Shown: positions 49,884 to 60,585, numbered from the whole stretch's first letter. The stretch is DNA of 63,867 nucleotides, filler included, from an uncultured Methanosarcinales archaeon (GCA_964608065.1; 8 parts of 8 records of this genome joined end to end with filler, not necessarily neighbours in it), one strand, 5' to 3'. Numbers and translations: made by a program. Notes: generated by a model not told the origin, from the letters alone.

Positions 49884-50900
49884 TTTCTCTCTTCCTTTAG
49901 GAAGCTTAAACTGCAACTTACCGTCTTTTGTCATCAGGCCTTGTTTTAAGTCTTCTTTGTTTGCAACTTTAATTACAAATGGCAATATCATTCTGCTCAA
50001 AGAAATAGAAACTACTCTTGGCAAGGCTGCTGGCAGATTATCTATAACATAATGTGTTATGCCTTCCACTTTGTATGTTCCTTCTCCTAAAGACCTTGGC
50101 TTAGAAGTTTCTATAGCACCTTTTTCATCGCAGGAAATATCATTAATTAAGCTTTTTTTTTTTAATAGTTTAAGATCTTTTCTTTTTACAATATGACCAT
50201 AAGATGGATGCCATACAATAGCATTGACTAATATATCAACATCAGGCAGATACTTTTCAATATGTGGTGTTTTATCCTTGTATAGAATTTGTGGCGTTAT
50301 TTTAGCATGTTTTAAAACTTCTTGGCAGCCTTTTGAAACATTACCACAACCCATTATTACAACAGAGGGTTTTTTTTTTAATTTTAATTTTGATAATTCT
50401 TTGTAAACATTTGGCTTTTTAAAACATTTTTGTATTGGAGGAAGTTTTTTGAATCCATTTCCTATCATATCACCATAAATCCTTAATCCTTCGTACATTC
50501 CAACAACTCCTGCTTCAAAACCTAAAGTTACTAATCTTTTTTTTCTTTTGTCTCTGATTTCTTCATAAGCATAACTCTTGACTTTATTCTTTAATAGTTT
50601 TTTTAATAAAGGAATGTCTTGCCCTTTTTCAACATGAAGATAACCCATTATAATCTGATTCTGCTTTATTGTATTCAAAGGGGGTGTTTTAACCCTTACG
50701 ATCATTGGAGAATCATAAACATTTTTTTTTATTTTTGCACCCACTTTAATATAATCTTTATCAGAAAATCCGCTTTTCAGTCCTGCATTATGCTCAACAA
50801 AAACAGTATGACCTATCTTAACTAATTCTTTTACACGAAAAGGAGTTAAAGCTATTCTTTGCTCTCCTATCTTTGTTTCTTTAGGAATACCTATTATCAT
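49875..50900 (-). CDS. Alanine dehydrogenase/PNT-family NAD(P) oxidoreductase
   Basis: IIGIPKE..EQRIALTP, GCGNVSKG, DISCDEKGAIETS. Confidence 0.85.
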   Translation of the reverse strand: MIIGIPKETKIGEQRIALTPFRVKELVKIGHTVFVEHNAGLKSGFSDKDYIKVGAKIKKNVYDSPMIVRVKTPPLNTIKQNQIIMGYLHVEKGQDIPLLKKLLKNKVKSYAYEEIRDKRKKRLVTLGFEAGVVGMYEGLRIYGDMIGNGFKKLPPIQKCFKKPNVYKELSKLKLKKKPSVVIMGCGNVSKGCQEVLKHAKITPQILYKDKTPHIEKYLPDVDILVNAIVWHPSYGHIVKRKDLKLLKKKSLINDISCDEKGAIETSKPRSLGEGTYKVEGITHYVIDNLPAALPRVVSISLSRMILPFVIKVANKEDLKQGLMTKDGKLQFKLPKGREKLL

Positions 50901-51341
50901 TTTAAAATTTTATTCATAAGAATTATTTAAATTTGTTCATTAAATAAAATTTAATAAAAAAAAAAAAAATGAAAACCACGCATACACTTGCACTAGATTT
51001 AAGAACTGTTGGAAACTGCGTGCTGAACATCTCGTTGCCTTGATGCTTACACACCAGTCCCATCAAACTCATATTTTATGAGTGTTCTAAATGTGTCTAT
51101 TTTCGAGGTGGGCTTCGTGCTTAGATGCTTTCAGCACTTATCCCTATAAAGCGTAGCTGCCCTGCGTACCTTGTAAGATAACAGGTAGACCAGTGGCTTC
51201 GAAAGCCAGTTCCTCTCGTACTATGGCTTCCTTCCCCTCAGACACAAACATTTCCAGTAGATATCAAACAAACTGCCTCACAGCGTTCTGAACCCAGCTC
51301 ACGATCCCTTTTAATTGGTGAACACCCACACCCTTGGGCGC

Positions 51342-51389
51342 CTACAGTTCGAAGAAATGTAGGTTCCGAAAAACCTAATTTTTCGATAT
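51342..51389 (-). other. 48-nt relaxed-BHB intron in the 23S helix 91 loop
   Basis: GGGCGT GCAG AA^A ... CTGT AG^G CGCCC; splicing restores GGGCGUGCAGAAGCGCCC. Confidence 0.8.
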
Positions 51390-51446
51390 TTCTGCACGCC
51401 CAGGATAGGAAGAGCCGACATCGATGTAGCAAGCCGCGCCGTCGAT

Positions 51447-51533
51447 ATGCTCTAGAACGTTAAAGCTATTGCTATGAGAAATGAAGACCTATAAATGACC
51501 TCAAATCACAGACTAGCGGCCTTAACGCTCAAA
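51447..51533 (-). other. 87-nt BHB intron in 23S helix 89
   Basis: GA GCTC AT^T TTGAGCGTTAAGG...CTTTAACGTTCTA GAGC AT^A TC; splicing restores GAGAGCUCAUAUCGACGG. Confidence 0.88.
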
Positions 51534-52207
51534 ATGAGCTCTCAGGCGCGACAACTCTGTTATCCCCGGAGTAACTTTTTGGTCATCTCTAACCTCGATC
51601 AATGAGGTATAAAGGTTCGCTAGGCCAAACTTTCGTTTTTGGATTTCGTCTTGTTAAAAATCCAATTAGGCTGGCTTTTGCCCTTGCGCTCTACAGCCGA
51701 TATCTGACCGGCTTGAGCCAACCTTTGGACCCTGCTGATACATTTTCAGCAGGGTGCCACCCCAGCCAAACTATCCACCTACAGGTGTCCTTTTTGCAAA
51801 GTAAGCAACGTAAATTTTGTAGAGTGGTGTTACATCGTTGTCTACACTCAAACTTGCGTCTAAGCTTTAGCGACTCCCACTTACGCTATACAACAAAATC
51901 CACATCGCAACCATAGGCTATAGTAAAGTTTCACGGGGTCTTCGCTTCCCACTGGAAATCTCTGGCCTTTGCACCAGAATAGAGTATTCAGAGGATTCTA
52001 GTTGGGGACAGTGATGATCTCGTTACGTCATTCATGCAAGCCGTCATTCAAACGGCAAGGTATTACGCTACCTTAAGAGAGTTATAGTTACCCCCGCCGT
52101 TTACCAGNNNNNNNNNNNNNNNNNNNNNNNNNNNNNNNNNNNNNNNNNNNNTTAATTAATTAANNNNNNNNNNNNNNNNNNNNNNNNNNNNNNNNNNNNN
52201 NNNNNNN

Positions 52208-53793
52208 TTTCCTCCTTTTTTCTCAGGTTCAACAACAACTTCTTCTGTCTTCTTTTCACCTAATCCTGCTGCTTCGTTTATCAAGTCATCTAATTCTTTC
52301 TGTTCATTACGACTCCAAGTATTTCCATCATCTAATGTAACTTGTTTTTTCTTCTCCAAAATATCTGCAAATAACTTTGCTTTCTTAGCCCTAGCATTTT
52401 TATCAGTTTCCCCTTTATAACCAAGTCTGACATAAGATTCAGCTTTTTCAAGATACGCTTTGCCATCATCTCTGTAGTCAGGATGAGCATACATTTTGCT
52501 TCCTACAAGATAATAATCCTCAGCTGTAGCTTGTTCTAGTTCATCCCTTTTGTCAAGAACTACTTTTAATTTTGCTACAGCATCATCTTCATAGCCTGTC
52601 TCTCCAACGGGTATTTCTTTACCTCTAATAATTGATTTTTTATCAAGAACATCTAAATAAGCAATCTGTGCAGCCTTATACTGCTCATTATCCTCATAAT
52701 ATTTGCCTGTTTCATAAGCAAATGCTCCTTCAGATTGTTTGTATAATACAGAAAGCTTGATTCTATCATCTTCACTAAGCTCTTGCTCACTGAAATGTGC
52801 TTTTTTACAGGAATCTCTTAATACTCTAAGTCTTTCAATATCATTAGTTCCAGCAACCTTTGAAATTTCTTGTTTTGCTTTATCAATTAAGCTGCTACCT
52901 CCACTTCCAAGGCAATAGTCAGTTAACTCTTTCACATATTCTTTTTCTTTTGTATATTGAGGTATTTTTTCTGTATCACTTTCTGTAATACCTTTCTTTA
53001 CTATTTCTTTTACCCTCTCTCCTACTTCTTTTTCCTCTTTTAATAACCTTCTCCTCTCCTCTTTATCTATATCCTGTTGTAACAGCCCAGCAATCTCTCT
53101 TTGTCTTTCGTAATCCCATTTAACATCTCTTAAACCATCCAGCTTATTAAGATATTCAATCCTGAAATTCAGTGATTCTAACTCATCAGTTTTAGGAGCA
53201 GAAGGCTTTCCTCCTCCTTTGAAGAGGTTAGCTATTCCGCTGAATATGTTTCTACTACTGCCAATACTACTTCCACCGCCACCTAGACCGCCTAAGTTAA
53301 TCCCTCTTGAATCCATTATGCTTGTAGTAAATAATAATATAACACCAACAATGATTAAAGCTATTAAGAGTGCTAATAGCTTGTGTTTCTCTAACCCTAC
53401 TTTCAATAACACTGCATAGATTATGAACACTAACATGATTAATAAGAATCCTAAAGCCATAAACCCATATTTCTCTATCCTAAATCCAAATCCAGATACA
53501 ATTCCAATTGCGCCTATAGCAGCAAATGCTAAAGCTATCCCCATAGCTGGCCTTGATTTCGTTTTATCATCACCTATAAACGCTTTCTTTAACCCAGTGT
53601 ATGCTGCTGAAAATAATAATACAAATATTAAAGCAAAGCTTAGTAAAGCATCATATCTCTGCCATCCTCCTGCAAAGAAAGCATTCATATTATCAAATAT
53701 GCTATTAAAACCATCTGCAAGACTTGCAGCAGATACAGTTGCAGTGCTAATTAGGAAAATTGCAATAATTATTGTTGCTAATTTTTTGTTCAT
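52208..53793 (-). CDS. Membrane protein with N-terminal TMs and long helical C-terminal region, truncated by contig end
   Basis: Signal peptide, about 4 TMs, Gly linker, charged helices. Confidence 0.8.
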
Positions 53794-54227
53794 CTTATCT
53801 TAGATCTTATATTTTCTATTTTTTTTTCATTAATATCCAATATCTTTTCTTTTGTCTTTGTTATGAAACTTTTTATTTCAATAAAATCAATTTTATCTGG
53901 TTCTTTAAGGTAATATTGAGTATCAATTCGTTCCTTCTTTAGATCCTCAATAAACCCAATATCCTTATTCTCATAACCTACTAAACTCATCAAAGCAATT
54001 GTGCATTCATGTATCTCACATTTAATTCCGATTTTGCATAATAATGCATATAATGCATTGTAGCATGAGTAATATGCTGTTACTGAAATCCATTTTCCAC
54101 TGACTTTTTCAAGATTGATTAAATCTTCTTCAGAACTCTTAAGATACTCATTACAGAGTGTATCATTAGGATCAACTAATTTTATTCCTTTATTCTGCTT
54201 TATACACCATTCTATTTTAGAGTTCAT
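53790..54227 (-). CDS. HEPN domain protein
   Basis: AYYSCY..IKCEIHECTI..RIDTQYY; follows an MNT gene. Confidence 0.85.
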   Translation of the reverse strand: MNSKIEWCIKQNKGIKLVDPNDTLCNEYLKSSEEDLINLEKVSGKWISVTAYYSCYNALYALLCKIGIKCEIHECTIALMSLVGYENKDIGFIEDLKKERIDTQYYLKEPDKIDFIEIKSFITKTKEKILDINEKKIENIRSKIR

Positions 54228-54825
54228 TATTGTAATACCCCCTGCATAGTTCAATAAATCTGTCTGAACCAAATATAATATGTGATTTGACTATTTCAAT
54301 TGCTAAGGCATTTTCTTCTCTAAGTAATTTAGCAAAACTTTCTAATGAAATGAAATGCGTGTTTACCTCAAAAGGATGGGTTTTTATAATATCAGTTATC
54401 TTCTTTGATTTTTTGCATAGCATTAAAACATCAACGTCAGATTCTTTGTTTGCATAACCCTTAGCATAGCTTCCAAATAAGATAATATCCCCAAATCTCA
54501 TAAGATCATTAACCAGCACCCATATCTTACTCTCATTGGCAAATTTTACAGATTTATAAAACTCAATAAGGTTTATAATCAGTCCTGATTTGTTTCTTTT
54601 TAAATCTAAATAATAAACAAATGTTTTTCCTCTTCTGTAAAAAGAAACTAAACTTTTATCCTGAAGATTCTTTATACATCTAGTAGCAGTCCTTAATGGA
54701 ATTTTTGAATTTTTGATTAAATCTTTTATAGTGTATTTTCTATTATACTCATATGTGAATGGAACTAGTAAATCTAGCCATTTTTGACTTATATTTGCCA
54801 TTTTTGACTTATTATTTTTATTCAT
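54217..54825 (-). CDS. wHTH plus minimal nucleotidyltransferase (MNT)
   Basis: LFGSYAKG..SDVDV. Confidence 0.9.
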   Translation of the reverse strand: MNKNNKSKMANISQKWLDLLVPFTYEYNRKYTIKDLIKNSKIPLRTATRCIKNLQDKSLVSFYRRGKTFVYYLDLKRNKSGLIINLIEFYKSVKFANESKIWVLVNDLMRFGDIILFGSYAKGYANKESDVDVLMLCKKSKKITDIIKTHPFEVNTHFISLESFAKLLREENALAIEIVKSHIIFGSDRFIELCRGYYNNEL

Positions 54826-55319
54826 CTTCTTTTTTTGATTATATCTACAACAAAATCTTCTCCAAATATTACATTGCCTTGCCTGAAAATTTCTAAGATT
54901 TGCTTATCTTTTGAACTGATCTTTTCCAATAATGAAGATTCAGATGAAGTTATGACATTTTTGTCTGGGATAGAGATTTCCTGTACAGAGATATCATCTA
55001 AAATAACCAAAACATCTGTTTTTGTAGCAATAACTGCTTTTGCATCTATTTTTGTGTCTAATTTAACATCTCCTTGTAAAAGAACTATTGCAGACAGGTG
55101 TTTTGCAGTTTTATTGTTTAAGTTTAATTCATAGAATAAACCTGTTCCTAATTTTTCATGCTTTACAATATTGCTTTTTTCTAATTTTTTTAAGATAGAA
55201 TGAACCCCTGCAGGACTTAATTTTAGGAATTGGGCAATATTCCTTATTGTATATCTGCTAGTGAAATTTCTAACTAAGAAATTGATTACTTCAAATTCAT
55301 TCTTTGCTATAGATTGCAT
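54822..55319 (-). CDS. wHTH protein with degenerate MNT-like C-terminus
   Basis: YTIRNIA..AGVHSILKKLEK; GNVIFGED tail but no GS..DxD. Confidence 0.75.
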   Translation of the reverse strand: MQSIAKNEFEVINFLVRNFTSRYTIRNIAQFLKLSPAGVHSILKKLEKSNIVKHEKLGTGLFYELNLNNKTAKHLSAIVLLQGDVKLDTKIDAKAVIATKTDVLVILDDISVQEISIPDKNVITSSESSLLEKISSKDKQILEIFRQGNVIFGEDFVVDIIKKRR

Positions 55320-55621
55320 GTTAATTTATAGTGAATGAACGTTTACTAGTATTTAAATGTTATTATTTTTTAGTATGTTGTAGTATGTTTTTAATTGTTT
55401 GTTGTTAGCTATATTTTGTTAATAACTTTAATATATTTTATATTTAAATAGTTTTTGTTAATAAGTTACTGTTTTTATCAAATATATACATTATTATAAA
55501 GAATAAATATTAAGTAAAAAAAGATGAATGTTTGTTTTTAGTTTATATTCAATATTTATTTTACATATACACTCTAAGATTAACATAAATTTAATAAACA
55601 GACCTATCACTTCGTCTGATT

Positions 55622-56005
55622 ATGGGAAGAATTAAATCAGAGGACCTAAGCAAATTAGAACAAGCAATAAGAGAATCATGGTGTGCTGACACATGTATCC
55701 AAAGTAAACGCGATAAATGGACTCCTAAAGAACCATATATAGGCCAAAGTGGACCAACAGCGCTTGTAATACAAGATCACCTTGAAGGAGACATAGCATA
55801 TAACAAAAAACGCAGTCACGTATGGAATATCTTACCAGATTTTTCAGAATATGATCTAACACGAGAACAATTCCTTAAAGGAACAATTATCACACAAGAT
55901 AATATAGTTACAAGAGACTATCTCTTTAAGGATACATTAAACAAGACCCCTCAAATAGAAGAAAGATACAAACTATTAAAACAACTAGTTGAAGAAAAAC
56001 TATAA
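55622..56005 (+). CDS. YunG-like protein
   Basis: SWCADT, GQSGPTALVIQD, HVWN, DLTREQF. Confidence 0.75.
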   Translation: MGRIKSEDLSKLEQAIRESWCADTCIQSKRDKWTPKEPYIGQSGPTALVIQDHLEGDIAYNKKRSHVWNILPDFSEYDLTREQFLKGTIITQDNIVTRDYLFKDTLNKTPQIEERYKLLKQLVEEKL

Positions 56006-56063
56006 TCTTCTCTTTTAAATACAACAACCTTTAAAAACAATAAACTAACTCTAATATTTTAAA

Positions 56064-56345
56064 ATGCAACAAACATATCCTGTAGGTGATTTAACTCTAG
56101 CTTTAGAAAGACTAAATGATGATGTTTATTCTTTATACGAAGACCTAGCTAAAACTGGACAAAAAGCATCTACTGAATCTGAAGAAAAAAGACTTAGCAG
56201 ACTAGAACGTCTAGCATGTGATATTAACCCTTTATTGTTATTAGACTTAAATGATACAAGAAATTTAATAACAGAATATAAAAAACTCCATCATATTTCC
56301 GATATCCAACTACAGATTATGAAACATAACAGATACAACCCATAA
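56064..56345 (+). CDS. Hypothetical protein
   Basis: 93-aa ORF with upstream TATA-like element. Confidence 0.6.
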   Translation: MQQTYPVGDLTLALERLNDDVYSLYEDLAKTGQKASTESEEKRLSRLERLACDINPLLLLDLNDTRNLITEYKKLHHISDIQLQIMKHNRYNP

Positions 56346-56554
56346 CATTTAAATAACTCTATCTTTCTCACTCTTTAAAATGCACACAGAAGAAGTTATA
56401 GCAGAAGGACATTTAGAGGGGGTAGTTCACAAGATGTTGGTGTTGTAACTGATGTTGGTTTGTTCTTAGGGTTGTTGGATAAAGGAGTTTATCTTCTTAA
56501 CTACTCTATAATAAAGAAAAGTTTAAATATCCGTTAGTATTATCATAGTATTGG

Positions 56555-57259
56555 GTGGTAAATATCCCAATAGAATCTATTGAATTTCAGATAGAAGAAT
56601 GGTTGAAAAACATACCATATCCATTAAAGGAAGATATGAGTAAAGTCTTGGGATTTGATATTAATAGTAGTCGTATAGATATATATGACAAACTAGGTTC
56701 TATAGAACAATATATTATTATTAAAGAAAAACAGTTTGAACGTATGAAGGAAGAAGAAAAGGAAAAAAGAGCAAGCATTGAAAAACTACTGTTCTTATAT
56801 GTTATGAAATCCAGCATAGATAATTTAACACAAACTATTGGTAAAAATCTAGAGGCAAGTAATAAAATATCAGAGATTGAAAGAAAACTGAGAGAAGAAA
56901 TTCAAAACATAAAAGCGCTACCCCCTTATAAAGGAGAAACATCACAACCTTCTTCAGAAAGCGATCTTGTTGGAACTCCTTTTCCAAGAAAATGTCATGT
57001 AGAAGGGGGCCCTGAAGGTGCTGTATTAACCGTTCCTATGAGAAAAGGATTATATGAAATATGCACTGTAGCTTATCATGCCCATAGAAGAACATTTTTA
57101 CAACTTCATGTTATAAATGCCAGTAAGCTTAAAGAGGGTGGTTGTCCTTTAGAATATAGTAGAGGAATAATACAAAGGTTTATTCCATGGAACAGATGTA
57201 AGTTAGGAAATGGTTATTTACGTGAAATAGATTTAACAAAAACAGGACCTAAACTATAA
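56555..57259 (+). CDS. Hypothetical protein
   Basis: 234-aa ORF, helical N-terminus, first of a co-oriented run. Confidence 0.7.
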   Translation: MVNIPIESIEFQIEEWLKNIPYPLKEDMSKVLGFDINSSRIDIYDKLGSIEQYIIIKEKQFERMKEEEKEKRASIEKLLFLYVMKSSIDNLTQTIGKNLEASNKISEIERKLREEIQNIKALPPYKGETSQPSSESDLVGTPFPRKCHVEGGPEGAVLTVPMRKGLYEICTVAYHAHRRTFLQLHVINASKLKEGGCPLEYSRGIIQRFIPWNRCKLGNGYLREIDLTKTGPKL

Positions 57260-57273
57260 AATGAGGTAATAAA

Positions 57274-58167
57274 ATGTCAGTTGATGAAGATGTTATCACA
57301 CAATTCAGATCACAATTCAATGTGATAAAAGGAAAGTTGGCAAGACACAAAGATGAATATTCTGGTAAAGGTGCAACTATTTGGGATGTTTTCTTACGTG
57401 CTGACAAAGAACTTTTAGAATTAGCACAGAGGTTAAGGAGTACTAGCGGTTATAATAATTTTAATGAAACAATAAGATTGAATACTGAGATAGTTAGTTA
57501 TCTTAAGGTATTAGAAAGCTATGGGTTAATAAAACCAACAAAAGCAAACTTAGCTGATTTTAATAAATATGAAAAACTTCAACAAAAATATTTGAAAGCA
57601 GAGAAATTGATAAGAGAACTTAATTCAGAAGAATCACGTTTACAAAGGCTAAAAGAAAATATTATCAAAGCAAAGGCTTTTTTAACAGATTATTATGCTA
57701 CTTTAAAAAGTGATAAAGATTTAAATCCTTACGAAGTGGATAGTAAATTAGAAAGTAAGGTTCTACAGTCAAGAGCATATTCAAAATTTAATGAATTAGT
57801 AGATAAAGATAAAGCTTCTTATTTAGAAGATAATGAAGTAAAAGCACTTCTTCCAGAAAATATTGAAGAAGATAAAATTAGTGGATTAGATGAAATGATT
57901 GTTAAATATAATAAGGGGGTCATATATATAGGCTGTGCTCAAGAGGCAATGCAGCAAACAAGTTCAAGAATTGAAGTTATTAAAAGAGATTTAGAACTAA
58001 ATCATATAACATCCAGAGAAAGGCAAGATCTTGACAAATTTAAGAGTGGAGAACATCAATTATATAATTTTGGAAATTATACTGCTAATTATTGGAGAAC
58101 TGTAATGAAGAATATGACAAATTTTTTCAAAGAATTAGGAATTAAGAATATAACTATTAATTTGTAA
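57274..58167 (+). CDS. Helical hypothetical protein sharing a domain with the next gene
   Basis: DKDLNPYEVD..DKISGLD; GAGGT RBS. Confidence 0.75.
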   Translation: MSVDEDVITQFRSQFNVIKGKLARHKDEYSGKGATIWDVFLRADKELLELAQRLRSTSGYNNFNETIRLNTEIVSYLKVLESYGLIKPTKANLADFNKYEKLQQKYLKAEKLIRELNSEESRLQRLKENIIKAKAFLTDYYATLKSDKDLNPYEVDSKLESKVLQSRAYSKFNELVDKDKASYLEDNEVKALLPENIEEDKISGLDEMIVKYNKGVIYIGCAQEAMQQTSSRIEVIKRDLELNHITSRERQDLDKFKSGEHQLYNFGNYTANYWRTVMKNMTNFFKELGIKNITINL

Positions 58168-58202
58168 TTTTTTTAAAATTTCAAATAAAATCACAGATTA
58201 TA

Positions 58203-59027
58203 ATGATTGAATACTCATCATTAAAGGATTTGGTAACTAAAATAGATATAGCAAGAGAATTTTTATCAAATTATAAAATATCTTTATTGACAGATAAAGA
58301 CCTAAACCCTGTTGAAGTGGATAAAAAGTTAAAAGATAATTCTATACAAGTAATAGCTTATAACGAATTCAATGATATGTTAAAAAAATATGGGAATGAA
58401 GATAATTTCTTTAGAGATACAGACATAACAGACATCCTTACACCGAATATTTTTAGAGATAAAGTAAGCGGATCAGACAATATGGTCAAAAAGTTCTTCA
58501 CAGGTTTAATGTATTTGGCGAGTTTAGAAAAAATAGTGAAAGGAAGTAGTAAATATTATGAAGAAAATTTAAAGAAAAAAAAGTTAGCATACAGACAAGA
58601 AGAACATGAAGGACAAGCATCATATGAGGGTATTATTATAAAGGGGCCTCAATATTTCATAAAAATAATTAATGAAGCTTTGGAATTATTGAAAAGTAAA
58701 TATAAGGAAGAGTGGGAGAGTATCTTAGAGAATTTTACAGAAGTTAATCATAGATTACCCTCAGGAGTAGATGTTTACAGTGGAAGGGTTTACGGTAGTG
58801 ATAGGATGTTATTAAGTAAAGAAGAAGTTGCAGGATTTTTAATTCATGAGAACCACCATATAAGACTCTATAAGGATGGAAAAAGATTCGGCGGTAAAAG
58901 CGCGGAAGGGGAATGTTTGGAAAGAGAGAATTATTTTTTTATGAAAATAAACCAACCTTTAGTAGATATTAATTACCATCTACAAACTAAATATTGGGAG
59001 ATTCCGTTTGATAAAAGAGACTGGTGA
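58203..59027 (+). CDS. Protein with shared DKDLNP domain and C-terminal HExxH metallopeptidase-like domain
   Basis: DKDLNPVEVD..DKVSGSD; LIHENHH..AEGEC. Confidence 0.7.
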   Translation: MIEYSSLKDLVTKIDIAREFLSNYKISLLTDKDLNPVEVDKKLKDNSIQVIAYNEFNDMLKKYGNEDNFFRDTDITDILTPNIFRDKVSGSDNMVKKFFTGLMYLASLEKIVKGSSKYYEENLKKKKLAYRQEEHEGQASYEGIIIKGPQYFIKIINEALELLKSKYKEEWESILENFTEVNHRLPSGVDVYSGRVYGSDRMLLSKEEVAGFLIHENHHIRLYKDGKRFGGKSAEGECLERENYFFMKINQPLVDINYHLQTKYWEIPFDKRDW

Positions 59028-59055
59028 TTAGATTATACTAAAACAATATAATAAA

Positions 59056-60342
59056 ATGTTTGATCCAAAAAAAGATATTTCAGATATTTTTGAAAAAGGA
59101 CAGAAAATAATAGATAAAGAAATAAAAGAGCCTATTGAAAGGATTACAGAAAGTGAGTTTAAGGAAAGAGTAAGAGAAATACTAATTAAAAATTTTCATG
59201 ATAAAACTACATTCATCAATTTAGATGAAGGATATAAAACTGCTTGTTCTCTAGTCCCAAACATGCAATACACTTTAGAAGATGTAATTAATTTATTTAA
59301 TGAATTTCAAGAGTCTAAAGAATTTTATATTAAAGAGAGGTTTGGTATTTATATTTCTGCTTTGATTAATAGGGCAATAAAAGAAAGTGATATTGTTGAA
59401 TTAAATGTTAAGAATGATAGTAGATTGGATCATTATCTGGGTTTGTTTTTACCAAGAGGAACTATTATTTTAAACGGATGTAAAGTTTGCCCTCATGATA
59501 CAAATTTCAGTAAACTTGGCTATGGTCTTAATGGAGGTAAGCTAATTATTAATGGAGATTATCAGGGCTCTATTGGTCATAGGATGAAAGCTGGTACATT
59601 GGAGGTAAGAGGCAATCTTTCAGATAATAACTATAAAGACGGGCCTGGTTTTGAAATGGAAGGAGGATTATTACAGATTGATGGTGATTACAAAACTATG
59701 GACAGAAGCTTGGGTGTAGAGATGAAAGGAGGTAAAATTCTAGTTAAAGGAAATGTTGGTAGAATTGGAGAACGTATGGAGGATGGAGAAATTACTGTAG
59801 AAGGAAACGCCCAAGGAATGATAGGTGTAGGGATGAATGATGGTAAAATAGTGGTTGAAGGGAATTGTAAAGAATGTATCCATGGTACTAGTGTAGGATA
59901 TGGGATGTGCGGTGGTGAAATTAAAGTTGAAGGATATTGTGAAGCAAATGTCGGATTTTATTTAGGAAATGGTGTTATTGATTTAAAAAAAGTTATTGGG
60001 ACTCATAATTCCATAGGATATATGATGGAAAATGGTAAAATAAATATTAAAGGGGGTGTTGAGGGTACTTACCATAGTGTGGGGACGCATATGAAGGAAG
60101 GTATAATACGAATTGGAGGTAGTGCACTAAACTGTGACATTGGAATAACAATGTTCGATGGAAAGATTATAGTTGAAGGAGATGTAAGTGGAGGAAAATA
60201 TGTTGGAAGTGATATGAGGGGAGGGGTTATTGAAGTTAATGGTGATATGCCTAGTCCTAATTCAAGAACAAAAAGACTTTCTGGTTCAATATATCATAAA
60301 GGAAAAGAAATTAAAGATAGTATTTTTGCAGTATTTATGTAA
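59056..60342 (+). CDS. GXGXG/FwdC-like beta-helix repeat protein
   Basis: Repeated G..MxGGxIxVxG units. Confidence 0.85.
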   Translation: MFDPKKDISDIFEKGQKIIDKEIKEPIERITESEFKERVREILIKNFHDKTTFINLDEGYKTACSLVPNMQYTLEDVINLFNEFQESKEFYIKERFGIYISALINRAIKESDIVELNVKNDSRLDHYLGLFLPRGTIILNGCKVCPHDTNFSKLGYGLNGGKLIINGDYQGSIGHRMKAGTLEVRGNLSDNNYKDGPGFEMEGGLLQIDGDYKTMDRSLGVEMKGGKILVKGNVGRIGERMEDGEITVEGNAQGMIGVGMNDGKIVVEGNCKECIHGTSVGYGMCGGEIKVEGYCEANVGFYLGNGVIDLKKVIGTHNSIGYMMENGKINIKGGVEGTYHSVGTHMKEGIIRIGGSALNCDIGITMFDGKIIVEGDVSGGKYVGSDMRGGVIEVNGDMPSPNSRTKRLSGSIYHKGKEIKDSIFAVFM

Positions 60343-60368
60343 ATAAAATAGATTATGAGACGGCTAAA

Positions 60369-60437
60369 ATGATAGATCCAAAAAAAGACATATCAGATTT
60401 GTTTGAAAAAGGTCAGAAAATAATAGATGAAGAAATA
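60369..60437 (+). CDS. Start of a tandem paralog of 59056-60342, truncated by contig end
   Basis: MIDPKKDISDLFEKGQKIIDEEI vs MFDPKKDISDIFEKGQKIIDKEI. Confidence 0.8.
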
Positions 60438-60585
60438 NNNNNNNNNNNNNNNNNNNNNNNNNNNNNNNNNNNNNNNNNNNNTTAATTAATTAANNNNNNN
60501 NNNNNNNNNNNNNNNNNNNNNNNNNNNNNNNNNNNNNCTAAAGAAGGAAGCAGGTTTGTAAACCATAATTTTTTTTTTTTATTTT

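Larger units (their letters stand above)
50976..52107 (-). rRNA. rrl: 23S rRNA, 3' portion (truncated at contig end; 3' end approximate), with two introns; no 5S gene follows
   Basis: Reverse complements of CUCUUAAGGUAGCG, GGGAUAACAG, GAUGUCGGCUC, GAGCUGGGUUCAGA and sarcin-ricin AGUACGAGAGGAAC. Confidence 0.97.

Noticed and set aside
51238..51916. ORFs 51238-51432 and 51602-51916, and similarly 40662-40862
   Set aside because: Spurious frames over 23S rRNA and tRNA
59056..60342. Formylmethanofuran dehydrogenase subunit C implying C1 metabolism
   Set aside because: Only the GXGXG repeat fold is shared; extra N-terminal domain, tandem paralog and no other fwd genes
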